A stretch of DNA of 64,000 bases from Rhodospirillales bacterium (GCA_038143065.1 JAYQLI010000012.1:32001-96000), one strand, 5' to 3'; positions 12,178 to 25,106 are shown, counted from the stretch's first letter. A program made the numbers and translations. Notes: generated by a model not told the origin, from the letters alone.

Positions 12178-13205
12178 GGGTCTGCCTCCGTCTGTTCTTC
12201 ATAAGACGCGCGGCTTCGATGACGGCAAAGATCATCACTGTCCCTTGAATGATATTTACCAGTCTAATGGAATATTTGAAAAGAAGAGTTGGAACCGTTG
12301 TCCCGGCAGAGGCTAGAGCTCCGAATAGCACTGCGCCAAACAAAATACCGATCGGGTGGTTCCGTGCTAGCAAGGCCACGGCCATGCCTGTAAAACCATA
12401 TCCGGGTGAAAACCCGTCTGAGAAGCGATGCATCTGCCCCAACCCATGTGATGCACCGCCAAAGCCGGCAATCACGCCGGACAACACCATGACCAAAATG
12501 ATGACCGCAGGAACCGAGATCCCGACCGCACGCGCGAAGCGGGGGTTTTGACCCACCACCGCTCCCTCGAAACCTGAGGGTGTGTTGCGGCACCAGGTCC
12601 AGTAGGCAATGATGCAAAGTAGCCCGATGATGAAGCCTGCGTGTAATGTTGAGGGTGGCATCAAACGCTCAAGTTCAGCAGTTTCATGAATGAGCGGCGT
12701 GACGTTGTTTTCCGGATTGGGGTGACAGAAGGGGACCATTGACCAAGTACCCACTGATACCGGCTGCAATGAAGTTCAGCATCAAGGTTGAGACAACTCA
12801 TCCGCCTCATACTTTGCCAAAAGCACGCCGGGCAGCCATAGCCACAATCCGCCTGTTACTGCCGCAGCGATAAAAGCCAACGGGATAATTCCACTCCAAT
12901 AGACGCAGGGAGCGTGAATGCGACAAAAAAATTGCAGCCAAACCACCTAAGACAAACGCGCCATCCACACCGACGTTGAATACGCCTGAACGAAAGCAAA
13001 TGGCTGTGGCGACAGCGGTGAACAGCAGTGGCGTAGACGCAGAAAGTGTGGCCGCAAATCGCCGGACATTTCCGAATGCTTCTGTTGCCATCAGAGTAAG
13101 GATTTCAACTGGGTTTTCGCCAATTGTCAATAGAACAATGGCGGCAATGGCGAAAGCGAACAGCAGGCAATACAATGCCCAGACTGCGTTCAGTGCAGTA
13201 CCCAT
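12167..13205 (-). CDS. Nucleoside-type ABC transporter permease 1, frameshifted
   Basis: FRSGVFNVGVDG, GQNPRFARAVGI, GYGFTGMAVALLARNHPIG. Confidence 0.88.
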
Positions 13206-14730
13206 TACTGCCGTCCCTGTACCACATCATCCGCCTGATCAGAGGCAGGTTGCTAGCGGGAGCGTTGACAGTGCCAACTATTGTTCCTCTGCAATGACAT
13301 TTTTGCGCGTGGACAGCTCAATCAGTTCGTCCAACTCCTCTGAGATTAACAGAACGGCTCCACCACTATCTCTGAAATCACGGATTAATTGGTGAATGGC
13401 AGCAATACCGTTTAGATCGACCCCGCGCGTGGGTTGCGATGCGATCAAACCTGAGGAGCAGTGGCGATTTCACGCGCAAACACAAGCTTTTGCTGATTTC
13501 CCCCGGACAGGCTGCTGACGGATCGGATGGTCCGTCGTATTTGATATCAAGCGCTTGCAGCCGATCCTGTGCAATCTTGCGCATTGCTGCTCGGTTTAGC
13601 CATACGCCATGGCCAATAGGGGAGGTCCTGTGGCTGCCTGCCACTACATTTGTTTCGATGCTAGACTGTATGCTCAAACCTTGACGGCGATCTGCTGATA
13701 TAGGGCAATGCCATGACGACGTCGTTGAGAAGGATTTAGGGCCGACAAAGCTATACCATTCAGCTTCACGAGACCAGAAGATGGTCGCAACCCGACCAAA
13801 CATTCAGCCAATTCGTTTTGACCGTTGCCTGACACGCCCGCTATGCCCAGAATTTCACCGCGGCCGATAGTTAAAGAGATGTTATGCAGTGTGGCTTCGG
13901 TTCACACTGCGTGTGTTCAAAGACGCAATACTCAGCAGCTCGGATTGCGGCTTAGGCGCCTCATCGTTTACGCCATCATGCAATTCGCCGTTGACAATGT
14001 GGCGTGAAATCTCATCTGCAGTGCACTCCGCGACAGAACTATGGAACAACCGTCTCACCTTGCCGGATGACAGTGACTTCATCTGCAAGTGCTGTAACTT
14101 CGCCAATCTTGTGGCTAATGAACAATAAAGCCGTTCCTTGCGTACGCAGATTGCAGGAGAAGAGTGAAGAGTTCGTCAACCTGTACAGGGCCAGTACCGC
14201 CGTTGGCTCATCAAGGATCAAAGTCCGACATCCCCGGCGCAAAAGGCGTATGATCTCGACAAATTGTAGAATATGGACGGGTGCGTTTGCTGCATGTTGA
14301 TCCCAGTCAATCAACGCGCCAATTTGTTCTGCCAAGGCTTGCCCTCTGGTTTCTGCGCGGCAGGCCAATCAATCAAGACAAGGGCCCGCACGACCGTTTG
14401 ACCGGCTCTTCCCCAAGAACGAGATTCTCTAATAACGAGAGATCGGGCGCGATCATAAATTCCTGATGCACCATTCCGATACCATGGCGCAGCGCGTCGC
14501 CAGGGTTGGTAAAGTCTACGCGCACACCATCGACGAAAATCTCACCCCCATCCGGGCGCTCAACTCCTTGCAATAGACGCATCAACGTGGATTTTCCTGC
14601 ACCGTTTTCGCCCACAACAGCGTGAATCGATCCAGCTTGTGTTGCAATTGACGTTGCGGTTTGCAACCACGGGAGCCATAGGTCTTTCGAAGTCCTACCG
14701 CTTGAAGCCCGGAAGAGGATGGTGGTGCGC
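13205..14730 (-). CDS. ABC transporter ATP-binding protein (CUT2, two NBDs), frameshifted
   Basis: HAVVGENGAGKSTLM Walker A, GIGMVHQEF, LILDEPTAVL, GIAGVSGNGQ, QPTRGVD. Confidence 0.9.
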
Positions 14731-14744
14731 GCAATGACCTAACC

Positions 14745-15771
14745 GCCTAATTTACTGAAAGAAGTCAGGTAGCCTCGTTTGAAACATCCCAGACGTCAAT
14801 GTCGCCTGCAATGATTTGGGCTTTCATATCTTCCACTTTCTCCACATAACTGGCGGGGATGATATCTTTGGTATGCATCATGGGCGATAGGGCAACACCG
14901 TTTTCCGCCAGTCCAAAATGCATCACTTCGCCACCGGGAAACGTATCAGCCGCATAGTTGGTCACGATCTCATCAACAGCGACGTCCACACGTTTGACCA
15001 TGGATGTCAGTACATGCCCCGGGGCAAGGCCGTCCTGGTCATTGTCAACGCCAATCGCATAGTGACCACGCGCTTTGGCAGCTTCAATAATTCCAATCCC
15101 AGTGCCACCAGCCACTTGATACACGATGTCGGCACCATCATCAAACATAGCATTCGCCATCTGGGCGCCTTTTGCGGGATCACCAAAGCTATCCGCATAG
15201 GCAATTTTGATTTCGATATCTGGATTGACGGCTTCTGCGCCCTGGATAAAGCCAACAATGAATTTGTCGATTCCGGGCGCTTTAAAGCCCCCGATCACAC
15301 CAATGACAGCATCTTCATTAATCCCCTGAATCGATGTATCCGGCGTGACCTGCGCGGCCAAAGCCCCTGCAAGATAAGATCCTTCATGTTCACCAAACAC
15401 AACCGATGCAACGTTATCCCCTTCGCGGGTTTGGTTCATTATTACCCAGTTTGTATCTACATAATCTGGCCAGCGCCTCCATTGGCTCTCCGTGGATCCA
15501 CTCTAGTGAAATCACAAGCCCAAAGCCGCCATCAGCAGCGCGGCGCATGATCTCCTCGACCTGTGCGAAAACATCGGGTGACTCAATTGGACGCCCTGTA
15601 AATCCCGTTTTCTCCAGACCTGATTGAAGCCTGCATTCGCGGTATCGTTCCAGGACGCGTCACCCAGACCCCTTGGGCAATAATCAGTGCTGCGGGCCTT
15701 TCGTCCGCTGATACGGCCGTTGCCGCACAAAGCGCTATCGTTATTTTTGAAAGAAATTGCATTGCCTTCAT
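14745..15771 (-). CDS. BMP family ABC transporter substrate-binding protein, frameshifted
   Basis: EHEGSYLAGALAA, GADIVYQVAGGTGIG, AIGVDNDQ, LTSMVKRVD. Confidence 0.9.
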
Positions 15772-15774
15772 GGT

Positions 15775-16569
15775 TTATCTCCCTTTTGTAAGTTCCTTGT
15801 GGTCTTTGTGAATGCGGAGCGGCACTTGATAAGTCGTATGACGTGCCAAAGTTGTTTTGTAAGTGTACCGCTCGGCAGGATAGATGGCTTCGGCAACTTC
15901 CAGAAGCCTTTCATCATTCGAATAGGTCTGGCGCGTCACCACGGTGACTGCCGACGGGTCGTTAAGCGAGAGTGCTTGTTGTTCATGAGCCATTGCCAAA
16001 CGGGCCGTCACGATTTCAGATGCTGAGGCGATCTCATGCCCTGCATTTTGTAATGCGGAATACAAGGAAAACTGAGACTGATTGCCCGCAACCAGCGACT
16101 GCGTATCATGTTCTGAAAACTGTGCCAAAATTGCTTTGGGCACGAAACTTGAATGCAATGCTGCGGCCAATCCATCAACCAATCGAACACGCTCAAGACG
16201 CATCGCCGGTTCAAAACACCCAAGTGAGGCGCTGATTTGCCTGTCGGCGGTAGAAAATGACAAACGCGTTGCTCGGCGACATATCCTTGACCAGAAACGG
16301 TTTCTGTAAAACTCAGAAGACGCCCTAGGTCTCTCCGCAGATTTACTCCCGCAACAAATGTACCAGAACCCTGTTTACGGACGGCCAGCCCCTCTGCGAC
16401 CAAAAGTTCTACGGCTTTGACAACTGTTCCACGGCTGACTCCGTAGTTCCGGCTGAGTTCTGGTTCAGATGAGCATGCGGCTGCCCAATGGAAATGCACC
16501 ACTGGTTATTTGCTGACGCAGAATGTCTGCGAGGAACTGATATCTAGGCTGTCGTTTCAAGGCTTGCAT
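15775..16569 (-). CDS. GntR/HutC (UTRA) family transcriptional regulator, frameshifted
   Basis: SEPELSRNYGVSRGTVVKAVELLVAEGLAVRKQGSGTFV; UTRA-like C-terminal domain. Confidence 0.88.
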
Positions 16570-16591
16570 TCTAAGCAGAATATATCAAACT

Positions 16592-16607
16592 AGTTGACTA
16601 GTCAACT
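16592..16607. promoter_or_regulatory. Perfect 16-bp palindrome, candidate HutC-type operator
   Basis: AGTTGACTAGTCAACT about 23 bp upstream of the GntR start codon. Confidence 0.65.
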
Positions 16608-16988
16608 TTGAGATTATCTTTTATCGGTGTCAACAATCCATGCAATACATCATTTAGCTCCCGCATGGCGCCTGATTGCTCCGCCATCCCCCACGGGGAG
16701 CAACTTCTTAGCCGTTGACGGTGAACTGCAAGAAGTAATTTGGTCATTGTTGATATGAATGGCGGTTTTGATGAATCAACCCAATGCACCTAGAACATGG
16801 CACGCAAGGCAAACATACACGACACGCGCGAACGCATCTAAAAAAGTCAAACCTTTAGTAAGTGAAAGTAGGTTGGAAAGTTGGATAGTTTGTATCTAAG
16901 GTATTGTTTAGATTGTAGAAGTAAGCCTTTCAAAAAGAGAAAGATCTTTGGAAATGTATTGGAAAGTTGTTGGAAAGCTTGTTCCTTA

Positions 16989-17190
16989 TGCCCCCTAGAA
17001 CTGTGCCAGTATATATTACAGCGGAGTAAGGAAACATGGCTGAAAGCGTTATTCTGATGAAGATGTTGAAGTTATTGCGCGAGATTGATGTTCATTTGCA
17101 CGATGGTTTGGACGTTGTGAGGCAAAAAAGTTGCAAAGCTGGGGATTTCAGATAAGAGTTATTATTTCGGCGGGCAGTTTGGAGGCCTTT
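16989..17190 (+). mobile_element. IS3-family remnant (left end plus truncated orfA)
   Basis: Degraded MARKRYSDED.LKLLREIDVHLHDGLDVV..AGISDKSYY; a homologous remnant lies at 49669-49832. Confidence 0.75.
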
Positions 17191-17468
17191 TCGCAAAAAA
17201 TAGCAGATAAATTCGATCGCTGGTATAAACATAAAGATCTCACTGCAAATATAATCGATGAGATTTCCTTCTGCCGTTATTAACGGTACGAACATTGATC
17301 CAAGAATGTGTTTTGCACTCCATTCGGGCAAGAAATACATCTTGCCTGGCAATACAGCACGTCGACTTTGGCGGAGGGATATTGTGATTTGAATTTTTGG
17401 CAAAAGCCAAGTTATCGCAATACAGAGCCAACAAAACGCGCCTGAAGCCACTTGGAAGCTCTCCAAGA

Positions 17469-17535
17469 CTCCAGTATAAAGCGCAGCGAAAGACTGGAGT
17501 GAGCCCAAAGTAGCCGTTGCTGCAAAGCGTCGACT
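17469..17535. repeat. Modular palindromic junction site 5
   Basis: ATAAAGCGCAGCGAAAGACTGGAGTGAGCCCAAAGTAGCCGTT, nearly identical to 44340-44377. Confidence 0.7.
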
Positions 17536-17690
17536 GAAGGAATAAGCGGGAGGCTAAATCCTTTCCTCAAAAAGTGCAGAACATAGTGATTGGCCTGAGC
17601 CGTCAAAAGCTAAATGAGAAGCGTCTTCAGTTCGGCAGAAAACAAGGCAGCACCTCTTCAGGTGCCACCAGTCTGTTTCGGCCAATAATA

Positions 17691-19094
17691 CTACTTCAAA
17701 ATGATTTCCGGCCCCATGATGAGGTTGGGTAGAAAGGTCGAAATCCAAGGCACGTAGGTTACCAAGATCAAGAAAACAAAAAGAACGCCTAGGAATGGAA
17801 GCGCAGCCTTGACGACCGACATCATTGGCATGCCAGCAACGCCTGAAGTGACAAATAAATTTAACCCAACCGGTGGCGTGATCATACCAATTTCCATGTT
17901 AACAACCATAATGATACCGAGGTGAATCGGATCAATGCCCAGTTCTATCGCAATTGGAAAGACCAGTGGAGCGACAATCACAAGTAATCCTGAAGGCTCC
18001 ATGAACTGCCCACCAATCAGCAGGATGATGTTCACGACGATAAGGAACATAACCGGTCCGAAGCCCGCCGATAACATTGCATTAGCCACATGTTGTGGAA
18101 CTTGTTCATCCGTCAGAACATGCTTAAGAATGAGCGCGTTTGCGATTACAAATAAGAGCGTAACGGTGAGTTTGCCTGTTTCCAGCAGCGTGTGCTTTGT
18201 ATCGGATGGAAGAAAGCTGTCACCAGCGCCCAAGGCTGACGCCATAAAGAAGTGGTCCCTCTTGGACCCTCATAGGCAGCGGAAAGATCGCGCGGGCCTT
18301 TTTCGGCAAGTGGACCCATATCTTTGTAGATAAAGTTGGCAATGAAGAATGCATAGACCGCAGCAACCGCGGCCGCTGATTGGGGTGAATACCCCTCCAT
18401 AGATACCGCCAAGGATAATCACGATTAAGAAAAGGCCCCAACCGGCTTCGCGTCCTGAGGCAAAAACCTCTCTCCATCCTCGCCATTCGCCTTTGGGTAA
18501 GTTTTTCACCTTTGCAATGACATAAATCGCGGTCATAAGCATAAAGCCAGCCAAAAGCCCCGGGATGACGCCAGCGAGAAACATCCGTCCAACCGAAACT
18601 TCCACCGAAGCCGCATAGACAACCATCACGATAGAGGGTGGAATAAGAATTCCCAGCGTACCTGCATTGCAGATCACACCTGCAGCAAAATCCTTTGAAT
18701 AGCCAACTTGGATCATTCCTCCAATAACGATCGTTCCAATTGCCACGACAGTTGCTGGTGAAGAACCTGACAGGGCTGCAAACAGCATGCAGGCAAAAAC
18801 GCCGGCAATGGCCAGCCCACCGGGCAAGTGTCCGACACAGGCAATTGAAAACCGGATGATCCGCTGGGCAACGCCGCCAGTTGTCATGAACGAAGAGGCT
18901 AGAATAAAAAACGGGATCGCAAGAAGCGTATAGTGGCCCTCGAAGGCGCTGAACAGGGTTTGGGCCACTGATGCAAGTGAACTGTCAGAAAAGGCTAGCA
19001 GAAACAGCAGGGAGGACATGCCAAGTGCGACCGCGATCGGTACACCGATAACCAGCATGCCGATGACTAAGGTAAAAAGTAGAACAACTTCCAT
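17691..19094 (-). CDS. dctM: TRAP transporter large permease, frameshifted
   Basis: LLAIPFFILA, GSSPATVVAIG, GILIPPSI, GIDPIHLGII, GMITPPVGLNLFV. Confidence 0.93.
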
Positions 19095-19761
19095 CAGGAT
19101 TTCTTTCTCAACTGCTCACGAGCATCTTGGATTTCATCTTCAACCTCATGACTGGCCACCAACCGGTCAGCCGCGCCGACCCAGAGAGCCCATGCAGCTT
19201 GCAGAAACCGGAAAAGCATCAAAGCCATTGACAATGGCAGAACGAGATATGGCAAAAGGCGTGGGATTTTCTCGTATTCTTCGCTTTCATTGAAGACAGT
19301 TTCCATCCATCCTAATATGGCGGGATGCGGGATGTCATTGACCTCGTACCATCCTTTGTCGCGGTACTTTTCTTCAAAACCGAGCGGAAACCAACGCCCC
19401 TCCGTGCCCGGCAGATTGGCGAAATTCGCCCAGTAGTCCCAAGCTCCTTTCAGCATTAGGAAAGCTGAAGGCAACGCATACAGCCACAGCAACCAACCCC
19501 CAAGACGCGGCGTGATTTCGAAGTTAGAATATTGACGACGATATCAACACCAAGATGTGAACCCTTTTTGACGGCATAAGAGGCGCCGAGGAGTACCAAC
19601 CAACCGAAGAGAAAGACAGTTAGCTCAAGAGCCCAAAGAATGTTTTTGTTGAACCCATACCGCGCCACGACGTTGGCGAATGTAATCAATGTCATTACGC
19701 CAAGAATGGCTGAGATCAACGTCTCCTCAATACGATCGGTAAACGATTTTGAGTGATTCAT
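19094..19761 (-). CDS. dctQ: TRAP transporter small permease, frameshifted
   Basis: TFANVVARY, WALELTVFLFGWLVLLGASYAVKKGSHLGVD. Confidence 0.9.
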
Positions 19762-19827
19762 AATTTAACTTTCCAAGCATGTTAGAAGGCGTCTAAAACG
19801 CCTCCGAACAGGTTGAATCAAGTGACT

Positions 19828-20820
19828 TTAATTAAGGGATTGTGCTGCGTTGATCATGTCCTGACCAACATCATCCGCGAATTGATCCCAGACTGGTTTC
19901 ATAACATCAACCCATGCCTGACGCTCTTCAGGCGTTAGAGTCCGAACTGTGCTGCCCGCCTCAATTATAGCTTGCCGGTTGGCTTGGTTTACAGCAAAGG
20001 ATTGAGCATTGCGAAGCTCAGTTACCTCGTTCAAGATCGTTAAAAACTGGTCGCGGACATCGGCTTCCAGGCTATCAAGCCAATCAACACTGGTCACAAC
20101 CAGATAGTCAATAATACCGTGGTTGGTTTCCGTGATACCGTCCTGTACTTCGAAAAACTTCTTACCATAAATGTTTGACCACGTGTTTTCTTGCCCATCA
20201 ACGACACCTTGCTGTAACCCACCATAGACTTCAGAAGGCCATTTTTTGTGGAGCTCCTCCGGAGTGCTTCCATTTGGGCCACCAAAACGTCTGACGACAT
20301 CACACGGAATTTAAGACCATTAGCGTCTGCTGGTGACATCAACGGTACATTAGCAGACATTTGTTTCATACCGTTATGCCAGAATGTCAAACCTTGAAGA
20401 CCACGCTTTTGCATACTGTCCAGCAAAGCCTGCCCAGCATCAGAGCCTTGGAATGCATCGACGGCTTCGATGTTCTCGAACATGAAAGGCAAGTCAAAGA
20501 TACGGAACTGTTTGGTGAACTTCTCAAATTTTTGACAGCGATAGGCGCTGCTAATTGAACATCATTCTGAAGCAATGCTTCAAGAACTTTATTATCGTCA
20601 TAAAGGGTTGAATTTGGGAAAACCTCCATACAGGCCTTGCCGTTCATCTCATCATTGACACGCTGCTCTAGCAACGTGGCTGCTATTCCTTTTGGATGTT
20701 TGTCAGTGTTGGTAACATGGCTAAATTTAATAACGGTTTCGCCTGTATCGCAAGCGGCAAACGCGGATGTAGCACCTAATGCAATGTCATCGATAATGCT
20801 GTGTTCAACAGAAATTTCAT
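19828..20820 (-). CDS. dctP: TRAP C4-dicarboxylate-type solute-binding protein, frameshifted
   Basis: KFSHVTNTDKHPKG, EVFPNSTLYDDNKVLEALL, WHNGMKQMSAN, GLKFRV, GQENTWSNIY. Confidence 0.92.
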
Positions 20821-21000
20821 GATATCCTCCTTTGGTTCTTTTTACCGCGTTCCTGATTTCTTCTGGCGCGGCTTATGTTGGAAAGATTACTGGGATTGAC
20901 GCTGAAGATTAGTCGACAAAACTGTTCAGTTTTTACGATTAAATATTCAGGTTTAATCTGAAATAGTGGATAAAAATTAAACATACCCAGGGAGTTCAAA

Positions 21001-21913
21001 ATGTTTGAGGGTTTCGTGCGCGAGCGTATCGAAGGAGACGGTGCGACTTTGTTTGTTCGCCGCGCTGGACCTCAAGATGCACCTCCGCTTGTTCTTCTTC
21101 ACGGTTATCCGCAGACTTCCGCTATGTGGCACGGTGTGGGCACCAATTCTGGCACGCTCTTATCAAATCGTCTGTCCCGATTTACGCGGATATGGTCAAT
21201 CAGATAAACCAGTGTCAAATGCATCGCATCAGCCATATTCAAAACGTGCTATGGCCAATGACATTGTCGCTGTGATGCGGCGTTTGGGTCATGAACGGTT
21301 TCTGGTTGGCGCCCATGATCGGGGGCGCGGGTGGCGCATCGGATGGGTTTGGATCATCCTGATCGTGTTGCCGCCATGACTTTGCTCGACATCGCACCGA
21401 CCCGCGAAATGTATGCCAATACCAGTGTCGAATTTGCGCACGCTTATTGGCACTGGTTTTTCCTGACACAGCCAGACCCGCTGCCCGAAAAAATGATCGG
21501 AGCAGATCCCGAAACGTTCTGGAAGATGAAATGCTTTAAACAGGCAAAGCGGCGAAAATCCGTTTTCCTGCGAAGCTCTGACGGAATACCTGAGCGCCTT
21601 CGCAGAACCCCGACGCTATTCATGCAAGCTGTGAAGACTATCGTGCCGCCGCCAGATCGACATTGAACATGATGACGCAGATCAGGGTCGAAAACTCGAC
21701 ATGCCACTCTTGACGCTCTGGGCGAAAACGCGGAGTAATCGAAACATGCTTTGACGCACTTAGCACTCTGGCGGCAGCGGGCTGAAAGGGTTGAGGGCGA
21801 AGCGCTCGATACCTCTCACTATATGGCTGAAAGAAATCCCAGGTGACATAGCAGAGCGCATGTCTGATTTCTTTTTCCGCAATCCGATCCACGCAAAGGA
21901 AACTGCTCAATGA
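21001..21913 (+). CDS. Alpha/beta hydrolase, haloacetate (fluoroacetate) dehalogenase-like, frameshifted
   Basis: LLHGYPQTSAMWH, DLRGYGQS, YSKRAMAND, HDRG (Asp nucleophile), LDIAPT, YWHWFF, CEDYRA. Confidence 0.88.
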
Positions 21914-23290
21914 CCCGCACGCTCTACGACAAACTGGTGGATAACCATAAGGTTTGCGATCTGCCCGATGGCGATATGCTGATTTATGTCGATTTTCACA
22001 TCATGAATGAATACACCAGTCCGCAGGCGTTTTCTGGTCTGGAAACAAGGGGTTAAGCGTCTGGCGTCCGGAGGCGCATCTGGCTGTGATCGATCATGTG
22101 AACGCAACCCGCAGTGTCGAAGCACATGATGCGGCAATCCAAAGCTGCTGATCGATAATTTGGAAAAAACTGCACCAAACATCAAATCGCATTTTACGGT
22201 TTGGGTGACCCGCGGCCAAGGCATTGAGCATGTTATAGTTCCAGAACAGGGCTTGGTCACGCCGGCATGCTGATAGCATGCGGCGATAGCCACACAACAA
22301 CCTATGGCGCCTACGGCGCGTTGGGGTTTGGCATCGGCACATCGAAGTGGAACATGTTCTAGCAACGCAAACGCTACGATATAAGCGTATGAAGACAATG
22401 CGCGTTATGATCGACACGAAAGCACCAGGCGTGACGGCAAAAGACATCATAATGAAGGTGGTCCAAGTCGTGGGCGCAGGTGGAGCCAATGGGTTTGCTG
22501 TTGAGTTTGCAGGTTCAGCCATTGTCGGTCTTGATATGGCCGGACGGATGACCGTCTGCAATATGGCGGTTGAGTTGGGCGCGCGTGCGGCGTTGATCGC
22601 AGCAGATGAAGTCACCGAAGCGGCGCTTACAAGGATACCCGCACAGCGGTCAATTTGCGTTTAATGGTGAAGACTGGGTCAGCGATTCCGGAGCCGTCTT
22701 TGACAAGGAGGTCACCGATTTCAGGGGCCGATATCGAGCCTTTGATCACATGGGGCACCAGTCCAGACCAATCAGTACCGATAACCGCGAATGTACCTTC
22801 TGCGTCTCGATTACGTCTCTCCCAAAGCCAAGGCGGCTTTAGCGCGGTCTTTGCAATACATGGGGCTCACAGAAGGGGCAAAGTCGGCCCAATCGATCAA
22901 AATCGACACGGCCTTTATTGGCTCGTGTACCAATAGTCGTATCGAAGATCTACGAGAGGCAGCCAAAATACTGGAAGGCCGGCAAGTCGCGGAGGCGTTG
23001 AAGCTATCGTAGTTCCTGGCTCCGCCATGACACGGATAAAGGCGGAATCCGAAGGTCTGCGCGCGATTTTGAGGACCGCAGGGTTTGATTGGCGACCAGA
23101 GGCGGGCTGTTCTTTGTGTCTAGCGATGAATGACGATATTGCTATGGAGGGGGAACGGGTAGCTTCATCGACTAACCGGAATTTTGAAGGGCGGCAGGGC
23201 CGAGGCGCACGCACCCATCTAATGTCACCCGCAATGGTCGCTGCAGCAGCCGTTTGTGGGCATCTGGCTGACATACGAGATTTTGAGTGA
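21910..23290 (+). CDS. leuC: LeuC-like aconitase-family hydratase large subunit, frameshifted
   Basis: [67 protein letters not shown]. Confidence 0.9.
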
Positions 23291-23301
23291 AAGACAAACC
23301 A

Positions 23302-23901
23302 ATGATAAAAACTATTAAAGGAATCGCGCCCCTTGCCACTGGCGAATGTTGATACGGATGTGATCATGCCGAAACGGTTTTTGATTACAATCAGCCGCGA
23401 AGGCTTGCAGATGGTACCTTTGCCGATCTGCGCTTTGACGCAGCTGGCCAAAAGCGGCAAGAATTTATTCTAAATAAAACGCCTTGGACGCAAGCAACAA
23501 TCTTAGTTGTCGGAGATAATTTTGGATGCGGTTCAAGCCGAGAACATGCCGTCTGGGGAATGCGCCAATTGAAGATTGATGCCTGTATAGGAACAGGGTT
23601 CGCTGGGATATTTTATGATAATGCGCGTAAAAATGGTCTTGCTTTGCCGGTCGTATCTCCTGAAGTGCGAGACTTACTTTTACAATTTTCGGATAATCAA
23701 AGCGGCGCAGAGATTTCCATAAACCTTGAGCGCCGTATGATTGCCGCAGGTGAAAGTTCGGTGCCGTTCGAGATGGATGATACGCGAATAGCGCTGATCC
23801 GAGGCCGCGACGATACGCTTGACACGTTGAGCTACGCTTCTGCAATCCGCGAATTTGAGACTGGATTGGATGAAAAAATGCGGATAAGCGTTATAAAATG
23901 A
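23302..23901 (+). CDS. leuD: LeuD-like small subunit, frameshifted
   Basis: NVDTDVIMPKRFL, NFGCGSSREHAVW, FAGIFYDNARKNGL. Confidence 0.9.
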
Positions 23902-23920
23902 ACCTGCAGAGGATATTGGA

Positions 23921-24812
23921 TTGGACATAAGACAACTGGAGTGTTTCATCGCTGTCGCCGAAGAACTTCATTTCAGGAGCAAGCGAACGCCTAGGGCTAA
24001 GCCAATCCGCTCTCTCTGAACGGGTTTCTTCGTTGGAACACGAACTGGGCGCCCCGACTGTTTTTTAGAACTACTCTGACAAGTCAGTCTGACCCAAACT
24101 GGATCTGAATTTGCACAAGATGCAAAAAGGATCCTGACCGATATTGATAAATCGGTTTCCAATGTTCGCCACACCGCCGAGTCGGACCTTCACCACATTC
24201 GCGTAAGCGGTGTTGACGAGGCAATTTCGATGTTACTACCGCAGGTTCTACTGACATTTCGGCAGACCGATTTTAAGGTGCATGTACAGGTTCTGGAAAT
24301 ATCGTCATCCGAACAACATTCCCACGAGTTGATTGCCCATAGAACTGATGTGGCCTTCGTACGGACGCGCCTAGAAGATGACTTTATTTCCAGCGAACTT
24401 TTGCATCGTCAACCCATCGTAGTGGTCCTTGCCGAGACGATCCTCTTTCAAGATCGGTATCCCTGTCCATAGCAGACATCGCGGATCAACCAATCGTGGG
24501 TTACCCTAAGCACGCGCGACCAATCCTGCACGAGGCTTTGTGGAGTGGTTTTCGAAAAATTGGTGCCCAGCCAAATATAGTTGTGAGATTATTGACAAAT
24601 CCACCCTGTTGCAGTTTGTCGCCCCATGGGCTAGAATCGCCTTGGCACCAGCCTGGGTCAAGAATATTGCACCGCCTGGGATCTCTTTCGTCCCCTTTGA
24701 ACCTCCGAAAACCTGATCGATTTATAAGGTGGCATTTCGAAAGTCGGGTAACTCCGAGACTGTTAAAAGGTTCGTTGAAACCGTCAGAAAAAGCATTATC
24801 CAGGCGACTTAA
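23921..24812 (+). CDS. LysR family transcriptional regulator, frameshifted
   Basis: LDIRQLECFIAVAEELHF HTH start; DVAFVR in the substrate-binding domain. Confidence 0.85.
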
Positions 24813-24913
24813 TTGCAAATATTTTTTGCCAATGGCTGCGTATTGCTTCGGCGCCTTTTTTGAAATTAAAACGTTATTAGGACTGGAAGTCAGCAACTTA
24901 TTAAGTAGGCGCA

Positions 24914-24976
24914 AAATTACGCTTTGTCCGCAAAGCAGACCTCAGGCATTGGCCTTGCGAATGTCTGATTTGGGTT
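24914..24976. repeat. Modular palindromic junction site 6
   Basis: AAATTACGCT-TTGTCCGCAA-AGCAGACCTC-16nt-AATGTCTGAT; its linker is the reverse complement of the TTGCGGACAA linker in site 3. Confidence 0.65.
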
Positions 24977-25091
24977 AAGGTACAAATCGAAACGCTAATT
25001 ATGATTAAAATCAGGACCACATTTAGACCGCTTTATAATTTCATCTTAAAAATAAGTAATTGTAATTAAATAGAAGTATATAAAGTACGAC

Positions 25092-25106
25092 GTCCTTCTG
25101 GCACCA
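25092..25106 (+). mobile_element. Degenerate att core (tRNA-Leu-type 3' end)
   Basis: GTCCTTCTGGCACCA versus AGTCCTCTCCTGGGCACCA at 34768; lies about 50 bp before an integrase. Confidence 0.6.

Noticed and set aside
21910-23901. Leucine biosynthesis operon
   Set aside because: There is no leuA or leuB, and the genes are coupled to a hydrolase and a TRAP transporter inside an island. The symbols are used only for the family.
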